A stretch of DNA of 64,000 nt from the human T2T-CHM13v2.0 reference genome, Homo sapiens. Location of the stretch: the NCBI RefSeq assembly GCF_009914755.1, contig NC_060943.1; one strand, given 5' to 3'. Shown here piece after piece: positions 1 through 12,997 of the stretch. A model generated the notes under the pieces. That model ran no database searches. It had not been told where the DNA came from and saw only the letters and a list, made by a program, of their open reading frames with translations. The position numbers were made by a program, and so were the translations under genes. Numbering within the stretch: position 1 is the stretch's first letter; each line of letters begins with the position of its first letter.

Positions 1-788
1 CCCACCCAAGGCTTGTGGTGTGGTCTGAAGGCACTGAACCACCCGCGTGAAGGGCTCAGCACAGGTCTTGCTCTACCAGCAGCCCCATGTGCAGGCCCGC
101 AGCCCGGGAGTCTGCATCTCACACAAGACCTGGGGGTGCCGCTGGCCCCGGGACCCTGCTTGGAGGCCCCATTCTAGGAGGTGGAGGATCGGACCGTTTG
201 CGTGAGGGAGACGCGCACCCGCTGCCTGTGGTGGAGGGTGGGTGTCGGGGGCTCCTCGGGCAGGGCCTGGGGCAGGCGAGGGCCTCACACCACCTCCAGG
301 CCCCTCGGACAAGCTGATGTGCCCGGGAAGCTCAGGCTGCTGCGGGACGGGGCCCTGACTTCTCAGAAGCTGCACGGGGCTGGGGTGCGGGGAGCCTGCT
401 TTGGGAAATGGTGACCAGTGGCCTGGAGGCTCAGCCCGAGGTCAGTGGAGGCGTGAGTGGCTCCAGGTTGGCCGAATCTCTGGTGGGTCTGACTCCAGGC
501 CAGGCTTACCCAACACCCTCGCCAGGAGCCGATGTCCCCACCCCATGGTTCTCTGGGAAAACCTCACTATGCCTGCCCTTGGGAATGAGAGCGGCTTGAG
601 GCACACGGCAGGCCCCAAAACCTGAGGATGGGGAGCACACGGGGCAGCAGCGGGCCCAAGGGCGGCAGCGGGCCCAGGGTCAGCACCTGCGGCTTCGGGG
701 GCAGGGCTGTGGACACCTCGTGCCCTGCAGAATGGGCACCCCTCAGCAGGGCCCCCACCTGCACAGGGCCAACCTCACCTGCAGCAGA

Positions 789-945
789 GAGACCCTGCCG
801 TCACAGACGCCCCCACAGTCACGGGGGAGACCCTGCCGTCACGGATGCCCCCACGGTCACGGGGGAGACCCTGCCGTCACGGACGCCCCCACGGTCACGG
901 GGGAGACCCTGCCGTCACGGACGCCCCCGTGGTCATGGGGGAGAC
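789..945. repeat. 38-bp VNTR, about 4 copies
   Basis: GAGACCCTGCCGTCACGGACGCCCCCACGGTCACGGGG starting at 789, 827, 865 and 903. Confidence 0.92.
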
Positions 946-1968
946 ACCACCAGCCGGGGGCATCATCCTGCTTATCCCAGCAGGACTGGGGGCCACGCTG
1001 GCTTCCAGAACAGGGTTGGGGGTTCGCCTGCTTCCCTGAGTCCCCCAGTGACCTCTCCCAGGCCCACGTGAGCCCTGCTCCTCTATGAGGCCCTGATGCA
1101 ATTCCCTGGGGCTCGGCCACCTCTGCCCCTCATTCACCTCACACTGGCTGGGAACCAGCCCGGATGGCCGGGGGCCACTTTCTGTACCCGCAGGTGCTGG
1201 GTGGGGGATTCCAGGACCCCCGACAGCCTCGAGATAGGCAAAGCCCTCGGGGTGACCGCTGCCCCGCTCCTCCAGCTTTTGCATAAAATAAGTTTATCAG
1301 CAAAAGCCCACAGCTCCTCCCCTGCACAGAGGCCGGCAGCCTGGGCACCCTGAGCTCCTGCACCCGTGAGAAGACCCCGTGCAAGTGGCTTGCAGGAAGC
1401 CGGGCCACCAGCCACAGGGGCTCCAGAGCCCGGGTCTCCTGATCCTTCCCCTCCTCCTGCCCTTTTGGGAAGAGAGAAAGCCAGCCCTGGAGAGAAACAG
1501 GAACTTCCCAAGGCCATGTGGCACATCCGGAACATTCTGGAACAGAACTCTGACTCCAGACCAACCCAGCCTCCTCAGATGAGCTGGAGTCCGTCTCAGG
1601 CACACACGGCGCCTTGGGCCAGGCTGGGCAGGGCCACGGCCAGGGAACTGCAGCTGCAGGAAGGGGGCGGGGGGCTTGGGGTCGCAGGGCGGGAGGATCC
1701 AGGGGTCCCTGGCTCACCCAACATGCTCCACCTGTACCCAGGCCAGGCTAGGGGATGGGACGGGGGGAAAGTCCTGACTGCCTCTATCCCCCTAGTCTCC
1801 TCCCTCCCACAGCCCATGGCTCCTCTGAGACCTGCCATCCACACACACCCGAGTCCCACCCCACAGGGGTGCCATGGGCATGGCAGGCCAATCAGAGTCT
1901 TCCCTGGGACCTTCTCTGGCAGCCAGAGGGTGTGGCTTCACCTTTAGATGGCAGGTCCTAGCACATAA

Positions 1969-2346
<378 letters not shown>

Positions 2347-3235
2347 TGAATACTCTGGGCACTGGAAGAGGCTGGGCTGTGCGTGTGCGAACTCAGTCGA
2401 CCCTGCCCAGAGGTGTCCATGACGTACCCGAATGTGACGGAACCCGGAACAGGGAGGGTGGGATGAGCCTCACACACGGGATGGGGAGCAAAGCCGGTTA
2501 CGCGCACGGGTGCGCCCCGGCCTGAGCCCTGTGGCTGGTGTCCAGTGCCCCCGCCGGGTTCCAGCCCTGTCGCATTCCCCGACTGTCACTGCTAACACCT
2601 TCCTGCTCCCGCTCGGATCCTTGAAGATGGCTCCTCTGTCTCCACATCCCATAATTCGCTTAATTATTTCCCCACCGTAGAGCCTCTGGGGAGATTCCAG
2701 TTTCCTGCCACTATAAATAGTGCCGCTCTGTCTTCCCCTCCCTCCTGGATTAGTCCCCAGGGTGTGTTTCCGAGATAGAATTCTTGGATCGGAACAAGCT
2801 CCTGGCGGGTTTCGGGGGATGGAGCTGTTCCGGTGGGGATGTGGCTTGGCCAGTCCCCTTTATGGTGGCCCAGGAGGCTGACCGACGGCCGGTACTCGAG
2901 CTCCACCGGGGCAGCTGTGAGGATCCAGCCTCAACCCCAAGGGACTCAGGAACTAGGGAGGGGGACAGGAGGGGTCTGGGCCGCAACAGGGACCCTGCTA
3001 CGAGAGGGGTACCCTGGCCCCAGCTCAGAGCCCCCTCTGGACGGTCAGAACATGGCAGGAAGCTGCCCAAAGCCCTCTGAGGATGGACTGCCGAGGGGTG
3101 TCTGTGATGTTCGCCCCACAGGCCAACCTGGGTGTTGGGCTAGGGAGTACCCAGGAGACCCTGGAGTCCTGGAGCAGGTCCTGCTGCTTGATAGGAGAGG
3201 GCAGCCCCTCTGTCTCCAGGTAAATCCCCAGGCAG

Positions 3236-4215
<980 letters not shown>

Positions 4216-4548
4216 TAATTCCCTCACTGACAGGTTCCTACAAGTAAAGTTGAGCCCCCCCTACAGCTGACGGCGAAGGAACTGGAAGCTCTGCAGCAGG
4301 GAGAATCTCCTCAAATGTGCTTCTTGAAAAGCTGGGGCCATGAGTAGCCTCCCATTCACATCCCCATGGGGACCCTTCTCCAGGGCCCACGGGGGCGGGT
4401 GGAGCCGGGCTCCGGGCCAGGAAGGTCAGGTGGAGATCACGCCGCGTCCACTGGGGCAGCATTCCGCACGACGTGACCCCGGGCACTCGGAGCGGGGCAA
4501 GTGCCCGTGGACCCCGTCGGGTGGGCCGGGGCCGGGGGTGGGGCTCAC

Positions 4549-4641
4549 CTGCAGGGGCGGCGGGCTGTACAGGAGGCTGCCCGCCGGCGGGGGTTCATGC
4601 TGCGGGTAATCCCTGTCCATGGCGGGCCCCACTGCAAGCAT
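4549..4641 (-). CDS. SBNO2: SBNO2 first coding segment (exon 2, 31 codons, [31 protein letters not shown])
   Basis: Translation matches the recalled N-terminus of human strawberry notch homolog 2. ATG at 4641-4639; phase-0 donor CAG|GTGAGC at 4549/4548. Later exons lie beyond the left edge of the window. Confidence 0.95.
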
Positions 4642-4767
4642 CGGGCGGCAGGCGGGGTGGGGTCCTCGGCCGGGCAGCAGGCGGCGGGACTCCAGGACCC
4701 GGGGCCGCCGGGGCGTCTATCTGGGCTTCTCGCTCCGTGGTGGCGGCGGTGGCGGCAGCATCATGAT
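4549..4767 (-). other. SBNO2: SBNO2 exon 2 (219 nt: 126 nt 5'UTR + 93 nt CDS)
   Basis: Acceptor TCTCCCTCTGCAG|ATC at 4768/4767; donor GTGAGC at 4548; CpG-rich surroundings. Confidence 0.9.
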
Positions 4768-6824
4768 CTGCAGAGGGAGACGGGGACGTCCTGAGAGTCC
4801 AACGGTGGTGGAGAGTGGTGCTCCCCGGCCGCCTCTCCCTCGGGCATGACCGGTCCCAGCCTGGGCTGCAGCTCCTGCTACCTCCTGGGCCGGAACCAAA
4901 AGGCGCTCCTTCCCCTCCCCACTCACCCCCACCCGCCATCAGCAGTGCCACCCAACTCCTTTGTGCTGCCCACAGCGCCTTTCCTGGCCTCCCCGGCCCC
5001 AACTACAACGATTAAGGTGGGCCCGACAGGGCTGCCCAGGTCACAGGGCAGCCGTAGGACCAGGCACCCAGACTGTGAGCAGTGGAGCTGCAGGCTGACT
5101 CCCCCACATCTGGCTTTGTCAGCAGCCGGTGTGAGACTGTGGAGGGAGAGTCCAACCCGGGCCCGGCACCCAGGGGAGCCCAGGGGACACTGGACCCAGC
5201 CCTGTCCCTCAGAGGCAGCAGGGGCTCCACAGTGAGGTCTCCCAAGGAGGGGGGTCAGGGGCCACGCAGAGCTGGAAGAGCACCCAGACCTCGTTTCAGG
5301 CTAATCACACACCAGCATCCCCACTGAGAACGTTCCTGGGCTACAGAGCCGAGCCCCACACCATCAGACGCCAGGGACAGCTCCCACGTGCCCCGCGGCC
5401 TCTGGCACACGGCCAGACGCCCGCCAGGCTGAGCCCCCACCAGGCCCTACCTGGCGAGTGCAGGGACCCAGGCTGGCCCGTGGTGGCAGGGAAAGCTTTC
5501 CAGGCGTCCGCCCAGCATGCTCACTGCCGAGGGCGGCAGGAAGGGGAGGCGGCGGCCACTCCCGGCCAAGCCCTGGAGTGAAGAAATCTCCGGGACTTCC
5601 AGTAATTGCCGTCCAGCCACACGCAGGCACTTGTGCAATCCCGTGGGGGAGAGGCACGTCTCTGCCCGGCGCTCCAGAGACAGTGGCCGGGCAACAGGGG
5701 CTGGGGGTCGGGACTCCTGTCCCAGAGACCAGATGGAGGTGGTCAGGCACAGTGGGGGTCACCCTGCCAGGCCGTCCCAACTGTCCGCGGCCTCTGCCTG
5801 CTCCCTGCAGTCAGGACGCTACAACCCACTGCCACCAGAGCTGGGACCCTTGGCAGCCCTTCCAGCTGCCCACGGGGACCTGCGACACCCTTGCCAGAAC
5901 GGCCCTTTAGGGGAAGGGACAGGCCCGCTGGGATCTGGGGTCTTGGCCAATCCTTGTCAAAGATTCTGGGTCAGGCAGGATCAAAGCCTGGCTCCACCTT
6001 CTGAGTTGAATAACCTCAGACACCCAAGCTCCTCCAAGCCTCGGTATGTTCCTCTGGGAGACAGGTTCTCTGGGTAGAGCCTGGGACCCCCCGACCCCGG
6101 CCCCGTGTGCTGGTGGCCACAAACAGCTCTGCTGGGCCCAAGGCAGCTGCTGATACCGGGGTCCCCATCCAGGGGCCCACCAGTGCTAGGGGGTGGCCCA
6201 CCCCCTGCCTTGGGGCTCAGCAGCCCCTCCCCTGCAGGGACTCCCCTCAGCTCCTGTCAGCACCCCTTCCTGCTGCAGGTTCCATCTCACGGCAGCCACA
6301 GCCCCAGAGCTACGCTGACCTTTTCCACACTCAGGGCGCTCCTCAGCTCTGAGGCCACACAGTCCTGAGCTGATGGGCAGCAGGGCCCAGGCCCCACGGT
6401 GGACGGAGCTTGGGGAGGGGGCACCTTGGGCAGCTCTGGGGCGACCCCATGACCGTCCTCGGGGTACACCATAGCTGAGGGACCCCTCCAGCAGCAGGGG
6501 CCCTGAGCTCGCCTGTGTCCGAGTCCCCTAGGCCAGCACGGTGCTCCTGGCAGCTCCTCCCTCCCTACGGTCTCTGAGCCCCCCACGTCTGTGGACGCCC
6601 CTTCCAGGCGGCAACCCCAGGAGGCTCAGGGGACCGGGTTCTTCAAGGGGAGGGCTTCACACATGGCATGTGACCTGGAGTCCATGCCTTGGGGACCTGG
6701 CAGGGTGTGGAGACCTGGACCGGGAGGGGATGGGGGCAGGAGAACAATGCGGACACCAGGCACAACCAACCAAGAGTCAGGGCCCAAAACCAGGAGGCGG
6801 AGGCGGAGGCGGATCCTCACACAC

Positions 6825-7200
6825 GGCTGCTTGGCAGTCTGGGATTCCTCAAGAGGCTAACGCTGGAGTCACCACACCACCGAGCAATTCCACACCACAC
6901 AGAAACGTGGCCATGCACGTCCACAGCAGCACCACTCACAACAGCCACCCGAGGAAGCAGCCCAGTGTCCACGGATAGGCGAGTGGACCAGCATGTGGCG
7001 TGGCCCATCCACGTGCCAGAACACGACACAGCCATGAACAGCAGCGAGGCCGACCTAGGCCACAGCGCAGACGCACCTTGAGGACGTCACGCTCTGTGAG
7101 AGACGCCAGGCACAGATGTGTGTGATCCCACTACTATGCACTGTCCAGGACGGGCCCATCCAGAGACAGAAGGGGATGCGTGGGTGCCGGGCTGGGGCGA
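6825..7200 (+). mobile_element. Old L1 (L1MB/ME-like) ORF2/3' fragment, strongly GC-shifted
   Basis: GCAATTCCAC...CACAGCAGCACCACTCACAACAGCC...CCCAGTGTCCA...ACAGCCATGAA...GATCCCACT...CCAGAGACAGAAGG follows the order of the L1M 3' consensus. Confidence 0.65.
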
Positions 7201-7684
7201 CCCTGCACCCGGGGCCCATTTCCAAGTCCCCCCACAACCCAACACTTCAGGCTGTGCCCACTCCTGAGAACGCCCACCCTCTGCAATCCCCCAGGACCCG
7301 CCACTCCTGAGAACGCCCACCCTCTGCAATCCCTCAGGACCCACAGCCCTGCCTTTCCGCCCACTGCCAGCCCCCCATCGCCTCCCACCCTGTCCTCGGC
7401 CATATCTCACAACCCCTGCTGCCCCGATCCCCAGGCCCTCCCGCAGCCCCCAGCCCCTAGCCCTGCCTGCAGACTCGGTCCTGTCCGAGGGCCCACGCCC
7501 CCAAGGGCTGGCTCCCACCCCATGGTCCTGAGCCCTCCGGACCCTTCCCCCATTGACTCCGCCGCCGTTTCTTGCAGCAGCTGTGACCACGCCATGTCTC
7601 TGGGGCATCCAGCTGCCCCAATCCCCAGGATAAACCCTAGTGGGACACTGGGTGGGGTCTTGGGGCCTGAGAACACCCCAACGC

Positions 7685-7805
7685 AGCCTCTGCCACGCAG
7701 CCCCGGAGACGCTCTCCCCACGCGGCCCCGGAGACCCTCTGCCACGCAGCCCCGGAGACGCTCTCCCCACGCGGCCCCGGAGACCCTCTCCCCACGCGGC
7801 CCCGG
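7685..7805. repeat. About 24-25-bp CpG-rich minisatellite, about 5 copies
   Basis: Repeats of GCCCCGGAGAC(G/C)CTCT(C/G)CCCACGC. Confidence 0.8.
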
Positions 7806-8149
7806 TGACACGGCCCACCCCGAGCCTCAGAGCCACGGGCCAGCCAAACGTCCAGCGGGCAGCAGAGCGTGTCCCCTGCCTGGTTTTATTTTTGGGCGCG
7901 AGTCCCATGACTGGAGGGATGCGTGGTGTGGGGGTTGGGGGGGCGGGGGTCACACGGTTCCCACCTTGGGAGGGGGCCCGCGCTTTATCAGCACGCTGAC
8001 ACCCAGAGGGGATGTGGCTTCCTTCTGAAATCAGGTCTTCAAGGGAGTCGTTGTAAAAGAGAACGATGAAGGTGCTGGTGGCCCAGACAGGACAACCACT
8101 GGGAAGGCAGAACCTCAGACAGGACCAAGATCCGGGAGAATCCGAGGAA

Positions 8150-8455
8150 CCGGGTAACTGTGTCCGCCTCCCAGCTCTCTCCTGAGTCCGGGTAACTGCG
8201 TCCGCCTCCCAGCTCTCTCTCTTGAGTCCGGGTAACTGCATCTGCCTCCCAGCTCTCTCTCCTGAGTCCGGATAACTGTCCGCCTCCCAGCTCTCTCCTG
8301 AGTCCGGATAACTGTCCGCCTCCCAGCTCTCTCCTGAGTCCGGATAACTGTCCGCCTCCCAGCTCTCTCCTGAGTCTGGGTAACTGCATCTGCCTCCCGT
8401 CTCTCTCTCCTGAGTCCGGGTAACTGCGGCCGCCTCCCGCCTCTTTCTTCTGAGC
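8150..8455. repeat. 36-40-bp VNTR, 8 copies
   Basis: CCGG(G/A)TAACTG..CGCCTCCCAG(CT)nCCTGAGT repeats. Confidence 0.92.
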
Positions 8456-9234
8456 CTGCTGAAGTCCCCGTCTTCCTGGCTGGACGCCCCAGGGTCTCAC
8501 CCCACGCTGTGCAGCAACAGCTCAGCCTCCTGATGTTCAGAACTGGCCACTGTGCGGACCCTCCCCCTGGGGGTCCCTGAGCACCTGTCGTGTGGAGCCC
8601 CTTCGCGCGCTCCGCCCTCAGACCCGAGCCGTCTGCAGATGGGGAGCTGTGTCCTCGGAGCCCGGTTCTCCTGCCGTCCTCTCGCCGAGCAGGGTTGTGA
8701 CCCCCGCACTTTCGGATGTGGACACGGAGGCCCCTAGGTGGAGCCTTGACGTGACCCCCAGAGCCAGACTCAGCAGCTCAGGCCACGCTGTGCCCACGTT
8801 CGCGACGGCAAAGCGGAGACCCTGAGAAGACACTGGCCGCAGAGCCATAACCGAGACCACGGGAGGACCCAGGGCGCACGGCACACCCCAGAGCGCTCCG
8901 CCCAGGCCCGGGTTCTGGTCTCCTGGCACACCCGGCAGCATCTCAAGGCCTGCGCCAGCAAAGGCGGACATGGAGGTCTGAGGAGGAGGCGGCGAGGCCC
9001 GGGCGAGCGGGCGCGACCGTGGTGATGGAGCCCGGCAGAGGCCACCGCACAGTCCCTGGAGGCCGCATTACCTCAGCCGAGGTTCTCCGGGCAGGCACAA
9101 GGCGCTCCCTGCGTCCCAGGACCTGAAGATGGCAAGGAGCAGGCCCCCGGGTGTCCCGGGAACCCCGCACAGAGCCACGGCCATAAGACAGAGCGGACTT
9201 GCGGCCTCCGGTGACCTCACAGCCGTGATGGCCT

Positions 9235-9472
9235 CCTGCAGCTGTGACCGCCGCCCCACAGCCGCGACCCCACCTGCAGCCGTGACCCCACCTGCAGCCG
9301 CGACCCCACCTGCAGCCGTGACCCCACTTGCAGCTGCAACCGCCGCCCCACGGCCGTGACCCCACCTGCACCCGCGACCCCACCTGCAGCCATGACCCCA
9401 CCTGCAGCCATGACCCCACCTGCGGCTGCAACCGCCGCCCCACAGCCGTGACCCCACCTGCAGCTATGACCA
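9235..9472. repeat. 18-bp VNTR
   Basis: GACCCCACCTGCAGCC(G/A)(C/T) repeats. Confidence 0.9.
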
Positions 9473-9798
9473 CCGCACACTGGCCTCCAGATGGGCTCAA
9501 GACAGGGCAATCACCCTCTACCTGGCGGGCGCACAACTCGCATCCTAGGACCGGGTGCAGGGGGCGGGGGCTGGCGATTTCACAAGGCTCAGCTAATATG
9601 GGGCAGAGAGCCCTGCAAGCTCAGGCACCTGGGCAGGCCCCAACTCGGCCGCCAGGACCGTCTGGTGGGGAGGACACTGCAGGCCGTCTCAGGTCCTGAC
9701 CCCTGCAGACAGAGCGCTTCGTCCCTCAACATGGAGCCCGGGGCAAGGGAGGCCTGAAGGGCTGGAGCCAAGGGAGGGTCAGCCCAGTGAGAGACCTT

Positions 9799-10196
9799 GG
9801 GGGGACGGGGGTAGCAAGAGGGGGTAGCAAGGGACAGTTGGGGACAGCAGGGGACAGTGGGGGGACAGGGGGCAGCAGGGGACAGTTGGGGACAGCAGGG
9901 GACAGTGGGGGGACAGCAGGGGACAGTGGGACAGCGGGGGAAGAGCAGGGGACAGTGGAGGGACAGCAGGGGACAGTGGGGGGCAGTGGGGGGACAGCGG
10001 GGGATGGTGGGGGGACAGCAGGGGGACAGTAGGGAAACAGTGGGGGATAGTGGGGGGGCAGCGGCGGATGGGACAGCGGGGGGACAGCAAGGGACGGGGT
10101 GACAACAGGGAGACAGCGGGGAGATGGGGACAGCGGGGGGCAGTGGGGGACAGTGGGGGAACAGCGGGGGGACAGTGGGGGGACAGGAGGGGACAC
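9799..10196. repeat. G-rich (GGGGACAG(C/T))n minisatellite
   Basis: More than 30 G3-G6 runs separated by ACAG(C/T)-type linkers. Confidence 0.9.
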
Positions 10197-10956
10197 ATTC
10201 AAGACATCCGTGAGGTTCCCCTACTCCTGGGCCAAGGTGCCTGCCTGAGAGGACTTCGCCCCCCACAGAGCTGGGCAGTGGCAGAGGAGGGGGCCAGGGA
10301 AGGGAGGTGGGTGAGGGAGACCCCAGAGTGTCCGGCGCTGCCCCTGCCCACGCCAGTGCTGCTCTCTGCAGCCATCAGCCTCCGGGTGCCCCCGCCTGCC
10401 CCGCCACGCGGCCACATTCCCGCACCACCCTCTCACACGTTCCACCCCAGGGGCAGCACCCGCCCTCTGGCTGTGGGTGCTGGTGGGCAGCTTGCGCCTG
10501 GCACCTGTTTGTGATGGGGGAAGCTGCCCCGGCAGCGAGGCTGAGGGAGCGGGAAGGGCTGGGCCTGGCAGAGGAAGAGCAGCCGCTCACCCACATCCCT
10601 GCAGCCCGGCTGGGGCCCAGCAAGCCGCTCACGGTCCCCAGGCCCTCATGGGCAGCCCCCCACCCACTGGGTACATCCAACTTCATGCACCAAGAGCCCA
10701 TGAAGAAACCACTCCCACACCCCTGCCCAGGCCTCGGGGGGTCTGCGGGGCGGCCTCACAGGAGGCCCAGTATTACAATGGCGGCCGCCTGGCTGCAGTG
10801 AGTGCCTGGTGGACACCCCCGAAGGGCAGTGGGGAGACCCGGGGGAGGACGCACAGAGGGTGGCTACAGAACAGAGGCAGCTGGCTGGAGCCACCGGGGG
10901 TCTCGTCCCTGCAGCCTTCGCCTCCTGGGTTCCAGTGATTTTTGTGGACCCACTGG

Positions 10957-11194
10957 GGGTCTCGGCTCACTGCAGCCTTCGCCTCCTGGGTTCCAGTGAT
11001 TTTTGTGCCTCAGCTTCTGGAGTAACTGGGATGACAGGCACCCGCCACCACGGCCCGGATAATTTGCGTATTTTAGTAGAGAAGGGGTTTCACCATGTTG
11101 CCCAGGCTGGTCTCGAACTGCCGATTTCAGGTGATCCGCCCGCCTCGGCCTCCCAAAGTGCTGGAATTACAGGCGTGAGCCACCAGGCCCGGCC
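10957..11194 (-). mobile_element. Truncated Alu with a 60-bp tandem duplication of its junction (10897-10947)
   Basis: Alu body without a tail; duplicated CTGCAGCCTTCGCCTCCTGGGTTCCAGTGATTTTTGTG. Confidence 0.85.
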
Positions 11195-11422
11195 CGAATG
11201 GAAATCATTTTCATAGTAACATGAATCTCTGTAACTCACTAGACTGTGGCCAGGGAAACCTGTGGGCAGCTCTGCCAGGACCACAAGGGGGCATTTGCTC
11301 TGGACGGCCCCTCCCAGGGTGGGCAGGGCCCGAGGACGGAAAGAAAGGGTGGAGGGTCCTGAGGTGCTTCCCAGAAAGCTCAGGCTGCTCCTCCAGCCAG
11401 GCACAGCCAGACCGGGAGCACC

Positions 11423-11958
11423 GGGAGGTGGGGGTGGGGGTGCCTGAGCACTGGAGGCTGGAGGTGGGGGTGGGGGTGCCTGAGCACTGGAGATGGAGGT
11501 AGGGGTGCCTGAGTACTGGGGGTGGGGGTGGGGGTGCCTGAGTACTGGGTACTGGGGGTAGGGGTGCCTGAGCACTGGGGGTGGGGGTGGGGGTGCCTGA
11601 GTACTGGGTACTGGGGGTAGGGGTGCCTGAGCACTGGGGGTGGGGGTGCCTGAGCACTGGAGATGGAGGTAGGGGTGCCTGAGTACTGGGGGTGGGGGTG
11701 CCTGAGTACTGGGTACTGGGGGCGCCTGAGTACTGAGTACTGGGGGTGGGGGTGCCTGAGTACTGGGTACTGGGGGTGCCTGAGTACTGGGTACTGGGGG
11801 TAGGGGTGCCTGAGTACTGGGGGTGGAGGTGGGGGTGCCTGAGCACTGGGGGTACCTGAGCACTGGGGGTGGAGATGGGGGTGGGGGTGCCTGAGCACTG
11901 GGGGGGTGGAAGTGGGGGTGGGAGTGCCTGAGCACTGGGAGCTGGGGGTGGGGGTGCC
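11423..11958. repeat. G-rich VNTR GGGGTGCCTGAG(C/T)ACTGG...
   Basis: About 18 units of 19-36 bp with G4-G7 runs. Confidence 0.92.
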
Positions 11959-12271
11959 TTCCTGTCTCAACACAGCTTTACCTCTTGGGCCCGATGAAGC
12001 GGGTCTCAGGATGCCCAGGACCCACATTTTAGGAACGGCCACGTCATACTACGCTTTCTACCTCTCCTCTTGAAATTTTCTAAAAGTTCTCAAGTCTGCT
12101 GCCAAGGTTATCAGAACTGCGTAGGGAGCTGTGTGGGTCACCTGTGAGGCCCGGAGCCTCCCTGACGCAGGTGGTGGGTGTCATGGCTCTGCTGTCTTGT
12201 GAAAGAGTCGTCAGTCAGGCGGCAGGGCCAGGAGGGTGAAAGCCGATCCACTCCCTTCCCTGGGGAGCCGC

Positions 12272-12292
12272 GGGGGGGGGGGGGGGGGGGGG
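12272..12292 (+). repeat. Poly-G homopolymer (G21)
   Basis: Direct read. Confidence 0.9.
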
Positions 12293-12544
12293 TTGGGCCA
12301 GGCCTGCGGGGAGGAGCCGACATACAGCTTCCCCAGCAGCCGGCCAGACAGACGGACGTCCTGGCCCAAGGTGAGCGGGCACGGCCACAGATGGCGCCTG
12401 GGGCCTTTGCAGGCGCCCTCCTGGCCCCGAGGCTGTGGGGCTCCTTTGTGGGGGACACAGGGCTCAGGGACCACTCCACACCCTAGACGGGAGCAGGGAT
12501 GGGGTCTTTTAAAGTTAAGGTTTTATTCTTTTTTAAAATAATAC

Positions 12545-12922
<378 letters not shown>

Positions 12923-12997
12923 TCATAGTATAGTAGGTGGCCCAGCTAGGAAAGCCACGATCCTAAAAACAGCAACACTAAGTACTGAGGAACTAGC

